Part shown: in pieces, positions 18,968 to 28,221 of the stretch
How positions within the stretch are numbered: position 1 is the stretch's first letter
How the letters are laid out: each line of letters opens with the position of its first letter
DNA from: Gemmatimonadales bacterium
GTDB lineage: Bacteria > Gemmatimonadota > Gemmatimonadetes > Gemmatimonadales > GWC2-71-9
Reading direction: 5' to 3'
Length of the DNA: 64,000 nucleotides
Assembly (NCBI GenBank): GCA_041577295.1
Contig: JBFGJG010000003.1
Coordinates: 145,069 to 209,068 of the forward strand
The notes under the pieces: model-generated
What the model was told of the DNA's origin: nothing
The model's database searches: none
Seen by the model: only the letters and a program-made list of their open reading frames with translations
Made by a program: the position numbers and the translations under genes

Positions 18968-19804
18968 ATGACATCTGGCAACGACTCCATCCTCATCACT
19001 GGCGCATCCAAAGGAATCGGTCACGCAACGGCCGCGTACCTCGACGCGCGCGGGTACACCGTCTTCGGCGGCGTACGCACCGAAAGCGACGCAGCGGCGT
19101 TACGATCGTCCGGGTCGGAGCGGCTCATTCCACTATTCCTCGATGTCACCGACCGGACGTCGATCGGTCGAGCGGTGGACGTCGTCCGCCGCCAGACCGA
19201 TGGCTTGGCAGGGATCGTCAACAATGCAGGAATCGTGGTGGCCGGACCGCTCGAGTTCCTCCCACCGGAACACGTGCGGGAACAGCTCGACGTCAACGTG
19301 CTCGGGGTACTCCGGGTGACCCAAGCGTTCATGCCGCTCATCCGCCAAGGTCACGGGAGGATCGTCAACATCAGCTCACTCAACGGGCGCATCGCGTCGC
19401 CCTTCGGAGGCCCGTATGCGGCTTCCAAGTTCGCACTGGAGGCAATGAGCGATGCCCTACGGATGGAATTGAGGCGGTGGAGGATTCCGGTAGTGGTCAT
19501 TCAGCCCGGGGCCATTGACACACCCATCTGGGAGACTGCGGCCACCCGGGCCATCGCATTGGCCAAAGAGTTACCGGAGGAAGGGCGACAGCTCTATGGC
19601 CGTGTGATGTCTGTTCTTGCGGAGCGTGCGGGTCGCCCACCAGCCCATGCGATTGCGCCAGAACGCGTCGCCCGTGTCATTGCCCGTGCGCTCCGCGCTC
19701 GCCGTCCAAAGACTCGCTATCTGGTGGGGCGCGATGCCTGGCTGGCGGCGATGGTCGCGGCCGTGGTGCCGGATCGCATGCTGGATTGGATACTGACGAA
19801 ATGA
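18968..19804 (+). CDS. SDR family oxidoreductase
   Basis: TGASKGIG, NNAG, YAASK; start ATG 18968. Confidence 0.92.
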   Translation: MTSGNDSILITGASKGIGHATAAYLDARGYTVFGGVRTESDAAALRSSGSERLIPLFLDVTDRTSIGRAVDVVRRQTDGLAGIVNNAGIVVAGPLEFLPPEHVREQLDVNVLGVLRVTQAFMPLIRQGHGRIVNISSLNGRIASPFGGPYAASKFALEAMSDALRMELRRWRIPVVVIQPGAIDTPIWETAATRAIALAKELPEEGRQLYGRVMSVLAERAGRPPAHAIAPERVARVIARALRARRPKTRYLVGRDAWLAAMVAAVVPDRMLDWILTK

Positions 19805-21537
19805 GCGTGTGGTTGCTCGGGCCGTTGTTCGCGTCGGTCGTGCAAATCAGTAGTGGAATCTCCCAGATCACGCCACCACCGCCGGATTCGCAAGCGATCC
19901 TGTCGTCCCTGCGGGGCGCGCAGCGCCGGTTCGAGTGGATTCGCCGGCAGCACTTGCCGCGCGTGCTCGGCTCAGTGGGCGGGCGGTGCGACGTGCGGGT
20001 CGGACGCTTCTGCTATTGGGATGACGATGAGGATCCTCCGTGGCGCCCCAGACCGGAGGCGGAGGACGTCACGCGTGAGCGCAGCGCATTCTTGGAACGC
20101 CTCGATTCCGCCGCCGCCATCCTGCCGGGCGACGCCTGGATCGCCGGCCAGCGGGTGCGCTACCTCGTGGAAACGGCGCGCTTCCAAGACGCGCTGTGGG
20201 CGCTCGAGGAGTGCGCTACCGAGGCGTGGTGGTGTCACGCACTCCGCGGACTCGTGTTGCACAGCATGGGCAACTATGTCGCCGCGGAGTCGAGCTTCGA
20301 GCAATCGCTCGCCACGATGACCGAGGAACAGCGTTGCGAGTGGATCGATCTTGCTCGCGTGCTGGACGGCAAAGGCACCGGCCGCTACCGCGACCTGAGT
20401 TGTTCTGACCGCGCGCGGCAGAACGTGAGAATTTGGTGGCTCTCCGATCCGCTGTTCCTCGTACCGGGAAACGAAAGACGGTCAGAACACTTCAGCCGAC
20501 TAGTGATCGACCGCCTGATGGATGGCACGGCCATTGTCTACGGCTCTCGCTGGGGACGGGACAATCGCGAACTGGTTGTGCGCTATGGTTGGGCAGTCGG
20601 CTGGGAGCGGGAACCACAGCGGGGGCTCGATCCCACGCCGCGCATCATCGGGCATCACGCGCACGGCGGCATGCGCTTTTTGATTCCGTATGAGTACGTG
20701 GTGGACACTGAGTCTCTCGAATGGGGAGAGTGGGACATCGATCCCTCGGTTCCGCAGAGCCGTGCGGCCATGGGCTACGCGACTGAGTTCCGTGCGCTCA
20801 CCCACCACTTGGCGCTGTTTCGCCGGGGCGACTCGGCCGTGGTGGTAGCGGGATATGACCTCGCCCAATCGCCTGACAAAGACGACCGAGTTCCCCGGCC
20901 CGGCAATGCGGTCCGCGCCGGCCTCTTCGTGCAACAATCCGCGGACGATGCTCATGGAACCACGCTCGAGGGCGGTCGCGCCGCGGGAGCGCTCGGCCTC
21001 ACCACGCTGCGCAGACCCGCACTGGTCAGTATCGAGGCCCTATCCCGAGATGACTCTCTCGCCTGCCGAGCTCGCTACTGGCTGGATATCACCGAGCGAC
21101 TCCCGGACGGCTTCGCCGTCTCGGACCTGCTCTTGCTCACCCCGGGTCCCAGGCTGCCTCTCTCTCTAGACGAAGCCATTCCCCGCGCACGCGGATCCGC
21201 ACGGTACGAACCAGGTGAGGCCATTGAGTTGTTCTGGGAGGTTTACAACGCTCCAGCCGACACAGCGCATGAGGTAACCGTCGCGGTCAGCAAAGTAGGC
21301 AAAGGCTTCCTTCGCAAAGCCGTCGAGTGGATGGGCGTAGCGAGCGCCCGACAGCCCGAACGTTTTCGGTGGGAAGGAGCACCCGGGGCGTTGCAGGAGG
21401 GGGCCGGACAATCCCTCGGGATTCGTCTCGCCGATGAGGACGAGGGACGTTACCTACTGCGTCTCGAAATCCGCATGGCCTCAGGCTCGCTAGCCGTGCG
21501 CGAGCGAGAGATCGAAGTGAGAAAACAGCGGGAATAG
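19801..21537 (+). CDS. Secreted hypothetical protein with TPR-like segment and divergent GWxTD-like domain
   Basis: Signal-like N-terminus; WWLSDPLFLVPGNERRSEHFSR...RWGRDNRELVVRYGW; beta-rich C-terminus; ATGA overlap with the SDR stop. Confidence 0.7.
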   Translation: MSVWLLGPLFASVVQISSGISQITPPPPDSQAILSSLRGAQRRFEWIRRQHLPRVLGSVGGRCDVRVGRFCYWDDDEDPPWRPRPEAEDVTRERSAFLERLDSAAAILPGDAWIAGQRVRYLVETARFQDALWALEECATEAWWCHALRGLVLHSMGNYVAAESSFEQSLATMTEEQRCEWIDLARVLDGKGTGRYRDLSCSDRARQNVRIWWLSDPLFLVPGNERRSEHFSRLVIDRLMDGTAIVYGSRWGRDNRELVVRYGWAVGWEREPQRGLDPTPRIIGHHAHGGMRFLIPYEYVVDTESLEWGEWDIDPSVPQSRAAMGYATEFRALTHHLALFRRGDSAVVVAGYDLAQSPDKDDRVPRPGNAVRAGLFVQQSADDAHGTTLEGGRAAGALGLTTLRRPALVSIEALSRDDSLACRARYWLDITERLPDGFAVSDLLLLTPGPRLPLSLDEAIPRARGSARYEPGEAIELFWEVYNAPADTAHEVTVAVSKVGKGFLRKAVEWMGVASARQPERFRWEGAPGALQEGAGQSLGIRLADEDEGRYLLRLEIRMASGSLAVREREIEVRKQRE

Positions 21538-21539
21538 GA

Positions 21540-21571
21540 GGGATAGGACGTCCTTCGGAAGCCTCTATCCC
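21540..21571. terminator. Inverted repeat between convergent genes (likely bidirectional terminator)
   Basis: GGGATAG...TCC-TTC-GGA...CTATCCC. Confidence 0.5.
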
Positions 21572-21578
21572 GTCAGTA

Positions 21579-22541
21579 TTACACTTGCGTTGCGATGGGT
21601 TGACCGGCGAACCGCTCGCGCAGTTTGGGGTGCGTCTTCCAGAGCCACGTTGCCATGGCAACGACCGCCACGAGGTTCCCGATTCCTACCTGGACCCACC
21701 CCAACGCTCCCAGTACCCATTCGCTCACACTGCCAGCGGTGGCGATGAACAACGCCTCGAGCACGATAAAGCCCATGACCACCGCCAGCCAAAAGCCGGG
21801 TGCACGTTCGATGCGCTCGGTCACCCAGGCGAACCCGATTCCGACTAGGCCAAATGCCACCACGTGCAAGAACGAATACGCAACGATGAGGCCGAGGTTC
21901 AACTGAACCTCATCCGGGGTCGACGCGCCGAGCATGACGGCCGATCCCAGCGCCGCAGGTGTGAAGAAGGGAACGCTCACCATGATGTCGACGACAAAGA
22001 ACCAGAGCGCCACGGCCATCGCGCCCAGCACGCCGGTCGCGAGGCCGTCCCGTACCATCGGATACTCGGCGAGAACCCCGACACCCAGCGGGGATTCGGC
22101 CTTGGCCGCCCAATGGAGGTAGGCCATCATCAGCATGCCGCCCACCAAGTTCGCTCCCAGCACGTGCCCAACCGGGAGCACCGTGAGCAGATCCACGCCG
22201 GTGACGAGCAACCCACCGTAGTGGACGGCGTTCAGCACGCCAACACCGAAAACCGCGCCCACCATGAGTCCGGGCTCGATGCGTGTCATCCGAAGGAACC
22301 ACACCGTTCCCAGCCCCAGCACGGCGAACACGCCGAAGTGGAGCACCGAATAGACCGCCACCAGTCGGAACGTTGGCCATTGGAACTCTTCACGCAGGAT
22401 GGTGCTTGCTAGGAGCGCCGGTGTATAAAAGGCCTCGGTTACGCTCACATCGACAATCAAAAACCACAGCGCCACCACCGAGCCCGCGATCACCCCCCCT
22501 GCTATTCCATGTAACACCAAATCGAAGCCGGATCGCTGCAT
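21579..22541 (-). CDS. Hypothetical polytopic membrane protein with two internal repeats
   Basis: Repeat 1: VALWFLIVD...FYTPALL...YSVLH. Repeat 2: VALWFFVVD...FFTPAAL...YSFLH. AAGGAGG RBS. Confidence 0.8.
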   Translation of the reverse strand: MQRSGFDLVLHGIAGGVIAGSVVALWFLIVDVSVTEAFYTPALLASTILREEFQWPTFRLVAVYSVLHFGVFAVLGLGTVWFLRMTRIEPGLMVGAVFGVGVLNAVHYGGLLVTGVDLLTVLPVGHVLGANLVGGMLMMAYLHWAAKAESPLGVGVLAEYPMVRDGLATGVLGAMAVALWFFVVDIMVSVPFFTPAALGSAVMLGASTPDEVQLNLGLIVAYSFLHVVAFGLVGIGFAWVTERIERAPGFWLAVVMGFIVLEALFIATAGSVSEWVLGALGWVQVGIGNLVAVVAMATWLWKTHPKLRERFAGQPIATQV

Positions 22542-22781
22542 GGAGTGACCTCCTTGAGCATTCGAGCACCGCCTGCCTTCCCGCCCTCCATCGCCACCTG
22601 CGCGTTGTGGACAGCAAAACGGCCCGGCAGTCTCGTACTGCGCGGGCCTCGCGACTCGCTACCCTGGTCTCTGGAAGCGGTTTCCGATGGTGAGCACGTA
22701 CACGGCGCACCTCCGTGTTGGCCAAAGGTGCGATCCAGAGCGAAAGCTGTCAATTCTAGAATGGATAGAAACGAAGAGTGG

Positions 22782-22846
22782 GGGATAGAGGACATAGAGG
22801 GGATACGCTGTTCATTGAAGCTTCTATACCTCTATCCCTCTATCCC
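22782..22846. repeat. Imperfect inverted array of GGGATAGAG / CTCTATCCC units
   Basis: GGGATAGAG-GACATAGAG-GGGATA ... CTTCTATAC-CTCTATCCC-TCTATCCC; overlaps the stop of the DUF4097 gene. Confidence 0.6.
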
Positions 22847-23637
22847 TTCTGTATAACCACTCCGCCATTGGTCGTGACCGCGCGGACCAGGCGCCCGCCA
22901 TTGCCCAGATCCACCGAAATCCGGCGATCGATGCGGCCCTGCACCGTGATTGGGAAGTCGACGCGTAGGTGGCCGTTGGTCGTCCCAGTCTCGAGCCGGG
23001 CGGAATACGAAGGTGGAATCACCATGCGCACGCCACCATTGGTGGTGCGAACATCCATACCTTGGCCGTTCCATTCACCGCCAGTGAGCTCGATGTGCAG
23101 TCCGCCGTTGGTCGTTCGGCCCCGCACATCGCCGTTCAGGCCTTCGAGATGTACCCCTCCATTGGTCGCCGAGAACGAGATCTGCCCTGTCACGTCGTAG
23201 ATCCCGATCCCGCCGTTGGTCGTCTCGAGCCGCAGATCGATCCGTCGCGGTACGAACACCCGAAAACTGACAGCCCAATGCTGCTCGCGGGACGTGCGCG
23301 GCCCGTCCGCGCGGAGCGTCCCCTCCATGTGCAGCCTGACCGCCGTCGCCAGATCACGGGCTTCGTCTGGCGTATCGGCGTACGACTGGACCTTGGCCTG
23401 AACCAGAATCTCGTTGCGATCCCATGCGCGGACGGTGATTCCACCGTTTGGGCCAGCATCGATATCGAGGACGTCCCGTACCGGCAACGTGGTCTCGCGC
23501 ACCTCACAAAACTCAGCCCGATCCCGGTCGCCGTACCATCGGTCGTCGCACCAATCCTCAGTGGGTCGCTGACTTTCCGCGGCAGAGGGGAGTGCGACCA
23601 AAACGAGCGGCAGGACCGCGCCTATCCAGCGTGCCAT
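22840..23637 (-). CDS. DUF4097 family beta-strand repeat protein
   Basis: Signal peptide; repeated (T)TNGG motifs; AGGAG RBS before ATG 23637. Confidence 0.85.
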   Translation of the reverse strand: MARWIGAVLPLVLVALPSAAESQRPTEDWCDDRWYGDRDRAEFCEVRETTLPVRDVLDIDAGPNGGITVRAWDRNEILVQAKVQSYADTPDEARDLATAVRLHMEGTLRADGPRTSREQHWAVSFRVFVPRRIDLRLETTNGGIGIYDVTGQISFSATNGGVHLEGLNGDVRGRTTNGGLHIELTGGEWNGQGMDVRTTNGGVRMVIPPSYSARLETGTTNGHLRVDFPITVQGRIDRRISVDLGNGGRLVRAVTTNGGVVIQKG

Positions 23638-23782
23638 GCTATCTCTCCTGTTGCGTTTCATTTATTAGACGGCTGCACCGTCAAAAGGGTTTCACGCCGC
23701 CTCAGATCCGTTAAGTTTCTGCCGTTCAGGCGCTTGGGCTTACTTCAAACCATTCATGGCTTCGTTACATAAGGACACGTCT

Positions 23783-24613
23783 ATGAGAACACACCACTTG
23801 CTGGCTGCTGCACTCTCCGCCCTTCCGGCTTTGGGCGTTCCCTCGCTGTCACCCGCACAGGAATTCGAGGGAACGGTGCGCACACGATCCATTTCGATCT
23901 CGGTGGAAGCGTTTTGGGAGCGTATGGAGTCGCTCGACCCACACGCGATTCTCAACGTGCCGATCCAGGACATCTTGAGAATGCGCGACGTGGAAGTCGA
24001 AGAAGTGATCCACTACGTGAAAGGATCCAAGTTCCGCACACAGCCCGTTGGCGGAAACGCGCCGTATGGGGTCGCCGATCTCGACCGCGGGATCTTCTTG
24101 AACGTTCAACCCGATGAGCAGGTCTACGTCGAATGGACCCTCGCGGACATGCAAGACGGCATGGGGCCGATGACCGGGCCGATGCCGAAGGGTAGCGAGA
24201 ATTACGATGCGCCGAAGGAGGACGCAACGATTCGGCCATTGGGAAAGACGCGCACGATCAACGGAGCCCGGACTACAGGTTACGAAGTTCGCTCGGGGGA
24301 AGATATCACCTGGGCGTGGGTAACCAACGAGTTCACTGCTGCGACCCGGGCGTTCCGCCGCATGATCGAAGACATGGACAAGCTGATGCCCGGCGATGAC
24401 GACGATGATGATGCGATGGCGCTCTACGCTCAGCACGGGCTCCCAATGCTCGTCCAGGAGCTCACGGTCTACGATGGTCAGGCCGACGGTTCGTATGAGA
24501 TCGAGGAGATTATTCGAGTCCAGCAGGAGAGCGTTTCTGACAGCATGTTCGAAGCCCCTGCAGGTTATCGAAAGATGACCCTGCAAGACATGATGCGTAG
24601 GATGATGCAGTAA
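23783..24613 (+). CDS. Secreted DUF4412-like protein
   Basis: Signal peptide ending AQEFEG; LGKTRTING; C-terminal SDSMFEAPAGYRK. Confidence 0.75.
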   Translation: MRTHHLLAAALSALPALGVPSLSPAQEFEGTVRTRSISISVEAFWERMESLDPHAILNVPIQDILRMRDVEVEEVIHYVKGSKFRTQPVGGNAPYGVADLDRGIFLNVQPDEQVYVEWTLADMQDGMGPMTGPMPKGSENYDAPKEDATIRPLGKTRTINGARTTGYEVRSGEDITWAWVTNEFTAATRAFRRMIEDMDKLMPGDDDDDDAMALYAQHGLPMLVQELTVYDGQADGSYEIEEIIRVQQESVSDSMFEAPAGYRKMTLQDMMRRMMQ

Positions 24614-24679
24614 ACGCGGCCGTCAGTGTGCGGTCGCAAACGTGTGGTGTGCTGTGTGCGCGGCGCCGGTGTCTTGCCG

Positions 24680-24955
24680 TCAGGCAAGGCTGTCGGTGCC
24701 GCGCCACTCGTAGCCGCACCGGCGGCAGTGCCACTCGGGAGCCTCGCGGTAGATTACGCAACCTCCCAGATGAACCCTCCCCTCACCCGCCGACTCTACG
24801 AGATCCGGGCCAGGTAGACCATAGACGATGGGAATCCCGGTTCGCGACTGGCAGACCGGGCAAGGCTGCGCGCTGACCGCTCTCTCGTCGGAACCGGCCT
24901 GAGAGGCAGAGCGCTTAGCACGACGCGCAGTGGTGCTCGATCGACGCTTGTCCAT
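24680..24955 (-). CDS. Small Cys-rich (zinc-ribbon-like) hypothetical protein
   Basis: CPVC...IPIVYGLP...HLGGC...WHCRRCGYEW; start uncertain. Confidence 0.65.
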   Translation of the reverse strand: MDKRRSSTTARRAKRSASQAGSDERAVSAQPCPVCQSRTGIPIVYGLPGPDLVESAGEGRVHLGGCVIYREAPEWHCRRCGYEWRGTDSLA

Positions 24956-24998
24956 TGCTACCAATTTATGGCATTGGTAGCCCCAATGCCCAGTCCAC

Positions 24999-25045
24999 TT
25001 GACGGCCGCGCCACAGTTTTTCATATTGGTAACCATATGGTTACC
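24999..25045 (+). promoter_or_regulatory. Sigma70-type promoter with overlapping 18-bp palindromic operator
   Basis: TTGACG (24999-25004), 17-bp spacer, CATATT (25022-25027); perfect palindrome GGTAACCATATGGTTACC (25028-25045) covers the ArsR start codon. Confidence 0.75.
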
Positions 25046-25372
25046 TTTTCGAAACGCCTCGATCGCACCTTCCACGCCCTGGCCGACAGCACTCGCCGCG
25101 CCATCCTCACGCGCCTTGCCGAGGGGGAAAGCACGGTTGGTGAGCTGGCGCGACCATTTCGCATGACGCGCCCGGCCATCTCTAAACACCTTCGCGTGCT
25201 GGAGCGAGCCGGGCTGGTCAACCGACAGCGCGACGGCCGGATCAGTCGGTGCCGCCTTGACGCGTCGCCCATGCGAGATGCCGCGGAATGGGTGGAGCGA
25301 TACCGCCGGTATTGGGAAGGGCAGCTCGATGCACTGGCACGCTACCTCGACGAACAGGAGACGGAATCATGA
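25037..25372 (+). CDS. ArsR/SmtB family transcriptional regulator
   Basis: LDRTFHALADSTRRAIL, AISKHLRVLERAGLV, YWEGQLDAL. Confidence 0.92.
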   Translation: MVTFSKRLDRTFHALADSTRRAILTRLAEGESTVGELARPFRMTRPAISKHLRVLERAGLVNRQRDGRISRCRLDASPMRDAAEWVERYRRYWEGQLDALARYLDEQETES

Positions 25373-25815
25373 CGTCCAACATCTCAGCCGCACACACCCT
25401 TCGCCTCACCCGTGTCATCAAGGCGTCGCCGGATCGTGTCTTCCAAGCATGGACTCAACCGGAACATCTGAAGCGATGGTCGGCCCCTGAAGGGTACGAC
25501 GTTCAGATCGCCGAAGTCGATTTGCGCGTGGGCGGTGCCTACCGGATTCGGATGAAGTCTGCCGAGGGTACCATTCACACCGCGGTCGGGACGTACCGCG
25601 AGGTCTCACCTCCGTCAAAGCTTGTGTACACGTGGTCGTGGGAGGAGTCGGATGATCACGAGCCGGTCGAGACGCTGGTGACGGTAGAGTTCCGTGATCG
25701 CCGCGGGTCCACAGAGGTGGTGCTCACGCACGAGGGATTCGGCTCGGCCGAGGAGAGTCACGACCACGCGTCCGGTTGGGCGAGTTGCCTCAATCGCCTC
25801 GAGCGGCTTTTCTAA
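25369..25815 (+). CDS. SRPBCC/AHSA1-like domain protein
   Basis: VFQAWTQPE, DLRVGGAYRI, LVYTW, HASGWASCL; ATGA overlap with the ArsR gene. Confidence 0.9.
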   Translation: MTSNISAAHTLRLTRVIKASPDRVFQAWTQPEHLKRWSAPEGYDVQIAEVDLRVGGAYRIRMKSAEGTIHTAVGTYREVSPPSKLVYTWSWEESDDHEPVETLVTVEFRDRRGSTEVVLTHEGFGSAEESHDHASGWASCLNRLERLF

Positions 25816-25836
25816 TCATCAGGTCAGCCGTCACCA

Positions 25837-25869
25837 AACCGCCCGCCTTCGATGGGAAGGCGGGCGGTT
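25837..25869. terminator. Bidirectional terminator hairpin
   Basis: 14-bp stem AACCGCCCGCCTTC / GAAGGCGGGCGGTT between convergent genes. Confidence 0.75.
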
Positions 25870-25876
25870 GGTGTCA

Positions 25877-26431
25877 TCAGTGCCAGATGACCCCGAAGGT
25901 GAAGAGTAGCGAGGCGGTGGTCGCCTCGTCGAAGAACTGCACCATGAGATCGACGTTGGGAGTCACGAAGAAGTTGCCCCCTAACCGGAGGTCGTAGCCA
26001 GTTCCGAACGTCGTACCGAGGCCCGTCTGCTCTACCCCCGCACGGGTTGCCGACGCGACGCCACCGCCCGTCTTAAGAAACCACCCACCGCGGGCGCTTG
26101 GGTAGAGCAGCGCCGAGGCCGTAACGTTTACTCGGTCCACGTCTTGACCGAACCTGTCTTCCCGAAACCATGCGAGTGCCTCGCCACCGAAGAGCACATG
26201 CGGGTTGACCGTACCACCCATGCGGAAATAGCCGGCTGCTCCACGCCCCCGATTCCCGAAGTCGAAGTCGAACTCTTCCCATCCACCGCCGAGCCCAAAG
26301 CCGATCCAGAAACCCCGATGTGGTGAGGATTCCTGCAAGCCGCGCGGTGGCGAACGATGTTGCGCGGCGAGGGGTGTCACAGCTCCACCTAGCAGGAAGG
26401 CACTAATAACGAGGAACGCTCCGAGGCGCAT
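25877..26431 (-). CDS. Small outer-membrane beta-barrel protein
   Basis: Signal peptide; alternating Gly/aromatic strands (GFWIGFGLGGG, GTGYDLR); aromatic C-terminus. Confidence 0.75.
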   Translation of the reverse strand: MRLGAFLVISAFLLGGAVTPLAAQHRSPPRGLQESSPHRGFWIGFGLGGGWEEFDFDFGNRGRGAAGYFRMGGTVNPHVLFGGEALAWFREDRFGQDVDRVNVTASALLYPSARGGWFLKTGGGVASATRAGVEQTGLGTTFGTGYDLRLGGNFFVTPNVDLMVQFFDEATTASLLFTFGVIWH

Positions 26432-26588
26432 CGCTCTGCTCCTGAAAGATCCGACGATCCCCAATAGGAAGTTTCGTGCCTATCGGATCATCCCAGTAAG
26501 TCTTTCAGAGTCAATGCATTAGAGTCCAGAAACGAGACGTGGTACTCGCTGGTTGACTGTTCTGGGGGACACCGCGCCGCGCGAGTGT

Positions 26589-26840
26589 CTACGCCCGCTT
26601 CAACCGCCTATAACCCCAGAGCAAGATCAGGGCACCACCGATGGCGATCGCGAGGCTCCGAATGTCGAACCCAACCACCGTACCCAGTCCCAAGAACGAT
26701 CCGAGGAATCCACCGACCAGCGCGCCCGCGACGCCGATCAGACTCGTGACGATGATGCCACCCGGGTCTTTGCCGGGCATGATCAGCTTCGCGAGTGCAC
26801 CGACAACCAGACCCAACAACGCCCATGAAAGAATGCCCAT
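26589..26840 (-). CDS. GlsB/YeaQ/YmgE (transglycosylase-associated) stress membrane protein
   Basis: MGILSWALLGLVVGALAKLIMPGKDPGG...GALVGG. Confidence 0.92.
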   Translation of the reverse strand: MGILSWALLGLVVGALAKLIMPGKDPGGIIVTSLIGVAGALVGGFLGSFLGLGTVVGFDIRSLAIAIGGALILLWGYRRLKRA

Positions 26841-27031
26841 GATACTCTCCTCATACGGTAGAAGCAGTTCTTAACGCACTGACACTATATCCGCCGGGAC
26901 AAGAGACAGTAAGGAGGAAGGTGAAGAAGAGCGAAGATTGCGAAGTAAGGTCGCTCTGCAGTTGTCCCCGTTGGTACATCCTGATATACTGCCCGCACGC
27001 GTTCTTCAGTCACTTGTTTGGAGGAAGTTGG

Positions 27032-27631
27032 ATGTCTTCAGTCATGGAACTCATCATGCAGCAGGTAGGAAGCGGGACCGCGTCGCAAGTCGGTCAGCGG
27101 CTCGGAAGCAATCAGCAGGTGACCGAAAAGGCGATGGCCGCGGCCCTACCGTTGGTGCTCGGTGCGCTCGCGCGCAATGCTTCACGTCCGGGTGGCGCCG
27201 AGGCATTGCACCGTGCCGTGGCCAAAGACCACGATGGCAGCGTACTGGACAACCTCTCGGGGTTCTTCAACAGCTCCGACCTCAACGACGGCAATGCTAT
27301 TCTTGGTCATGTTTTTGGAAACCGCCGGGCTGCGATCGAAACCGGCGTCGGTAAGGCGAGCGGCATGAACGGTCAGCAGGTTTCCCAGCTAATGGCCATG
27401 CTCGCACCGCTGGTGATGGGTGCCCTCGGGCGAGTGCAGCGACAGCAAAAGCTCGATTCCGGAGCCCTCTCAAACGTCTTGGCTGCCGAACGACAGCAGG
27501 TCGAGGCCAAGAGCCCAGGGCTTGGCGGTCTCGCCTCGCTACTGGATGCGGACGGAGACGGGCAGATCGCGGACGACCTCATGGGTAAGGTCGGCAAGGG
27601 CCTGCTCGGCAGTCTCTTCGGACGCCGTTAA
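27032..27631 (+). CDS. DUF937 domain protein
   Basis: HDGSVLDNL, GNAILGHVFG, LAPLVMGALG, LDADGDG. Confidence 0.85.
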   Translation: MSSVMELIMQQVGSGTASQVGQRLGSNQQVTEKAMAAALPLVLGALARNASRPGGAEALHRAVAKDHDGSVLDNLSGFFNSSDLNDGNAILGHVFGNRRAAIETGVGKASGMNGQQVSQLMAMLAPLVMGALGRVQRQQKLDSGALSNVLAAERQQVEAKSPGLGGLASLLDADGDGQIADDLMGKVGKGLLGSLFGRR

Positions 27632-27660
27632 CGAACACTCTCTACAGTAGGAGAAAAACA

Positions 27661-28134
27661 GTGGGTATCTTCGATTTCGTGAAGGACGCGGGCGCCAAGC
27701 TCCTCGGTAAGGACGACGGTGGAGACAAGGCGCTCATGGAGCAGAATCAGGAAATGATCTTTGCCAACAAGCTCAAGCGCCACATCATGGCGTTGGGTTT
27801 CGAGGTAGAGCAGCTCAAGGTCGGGTTCGATGACGGCGTGGCCACCGTTCATGGGAAGGCCAAGAGTCAGCAGGAGAAGGAGAAGGTCATCCTCGCCCTG
27901 GGCAACACGGAGGGTGTTTCGCGAGTCGACGACCGGATGGACGTCGGCGCGCCCGAGCCCGAGGCCAAATTCTATACCGTGAAGAAGGGCGATTCACTCT
28001 CAAAGATCGCCAAAGAATACTATGGCGACGCGATGAAGTATCCGGCCATCTTTGAGGCCAACAAGCCGATGCTCAAGGACCCGAACCTGATTTATCCGGG
28101 TCAGGTGCTGCGCATCCCGGCGCTCGAGAAGTAA
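27661..28134 (+). CDS. BON-LysM peptidoglycan/potassium-binding protein (YgaU/Kbp-like)
   Basis: MGIFDFVKDAGAKL; BON domain; LysM YTVKKGDSLSKIAK...IYPGQVLRIP. Confidence 0.92.
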   Translation: MGIFDFVKDAGAKLLGKDDGGDKALMEQNQEMIFANKLKRHIMALGFEVEQLKVGFDDGVATVHGKAKSQQEKEKVILALGNTEGVSRVDDRMDVGAPEPEAKFYTVKKGDSLSKIAKEYYGDAMKYPAIFEANKPMLKDPNLIYPGQVLRIPALEK

Positions 28135-28163
28135 CGCAAGCGTTCGAGCGCGTACGATACACG

Positions 28164-28196
28164 CCCTCCGCGACTGAGTCGCGGGGGGTTTTTTTT
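28164..28196 (+). terminator. Rho-independent terminator
   Basis: CCCTCCGCGAC-tga-GTCGCGGGGGG followed by T8. Confidence 0.88.
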
Positions 28197-28221
28197 AGAG
28201 CGGCGCGTCGCGACTCCAGCG

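Noticed and set aside
26467..26521. Minus-strand AGGCACGAAACTTCC plus an IHF-like AGTCAATGCATTA upstream of the small beta-barrel gene
   Set aside because: The -12 element reads TTCC rather than TTGC; suggestive but too weak to call.
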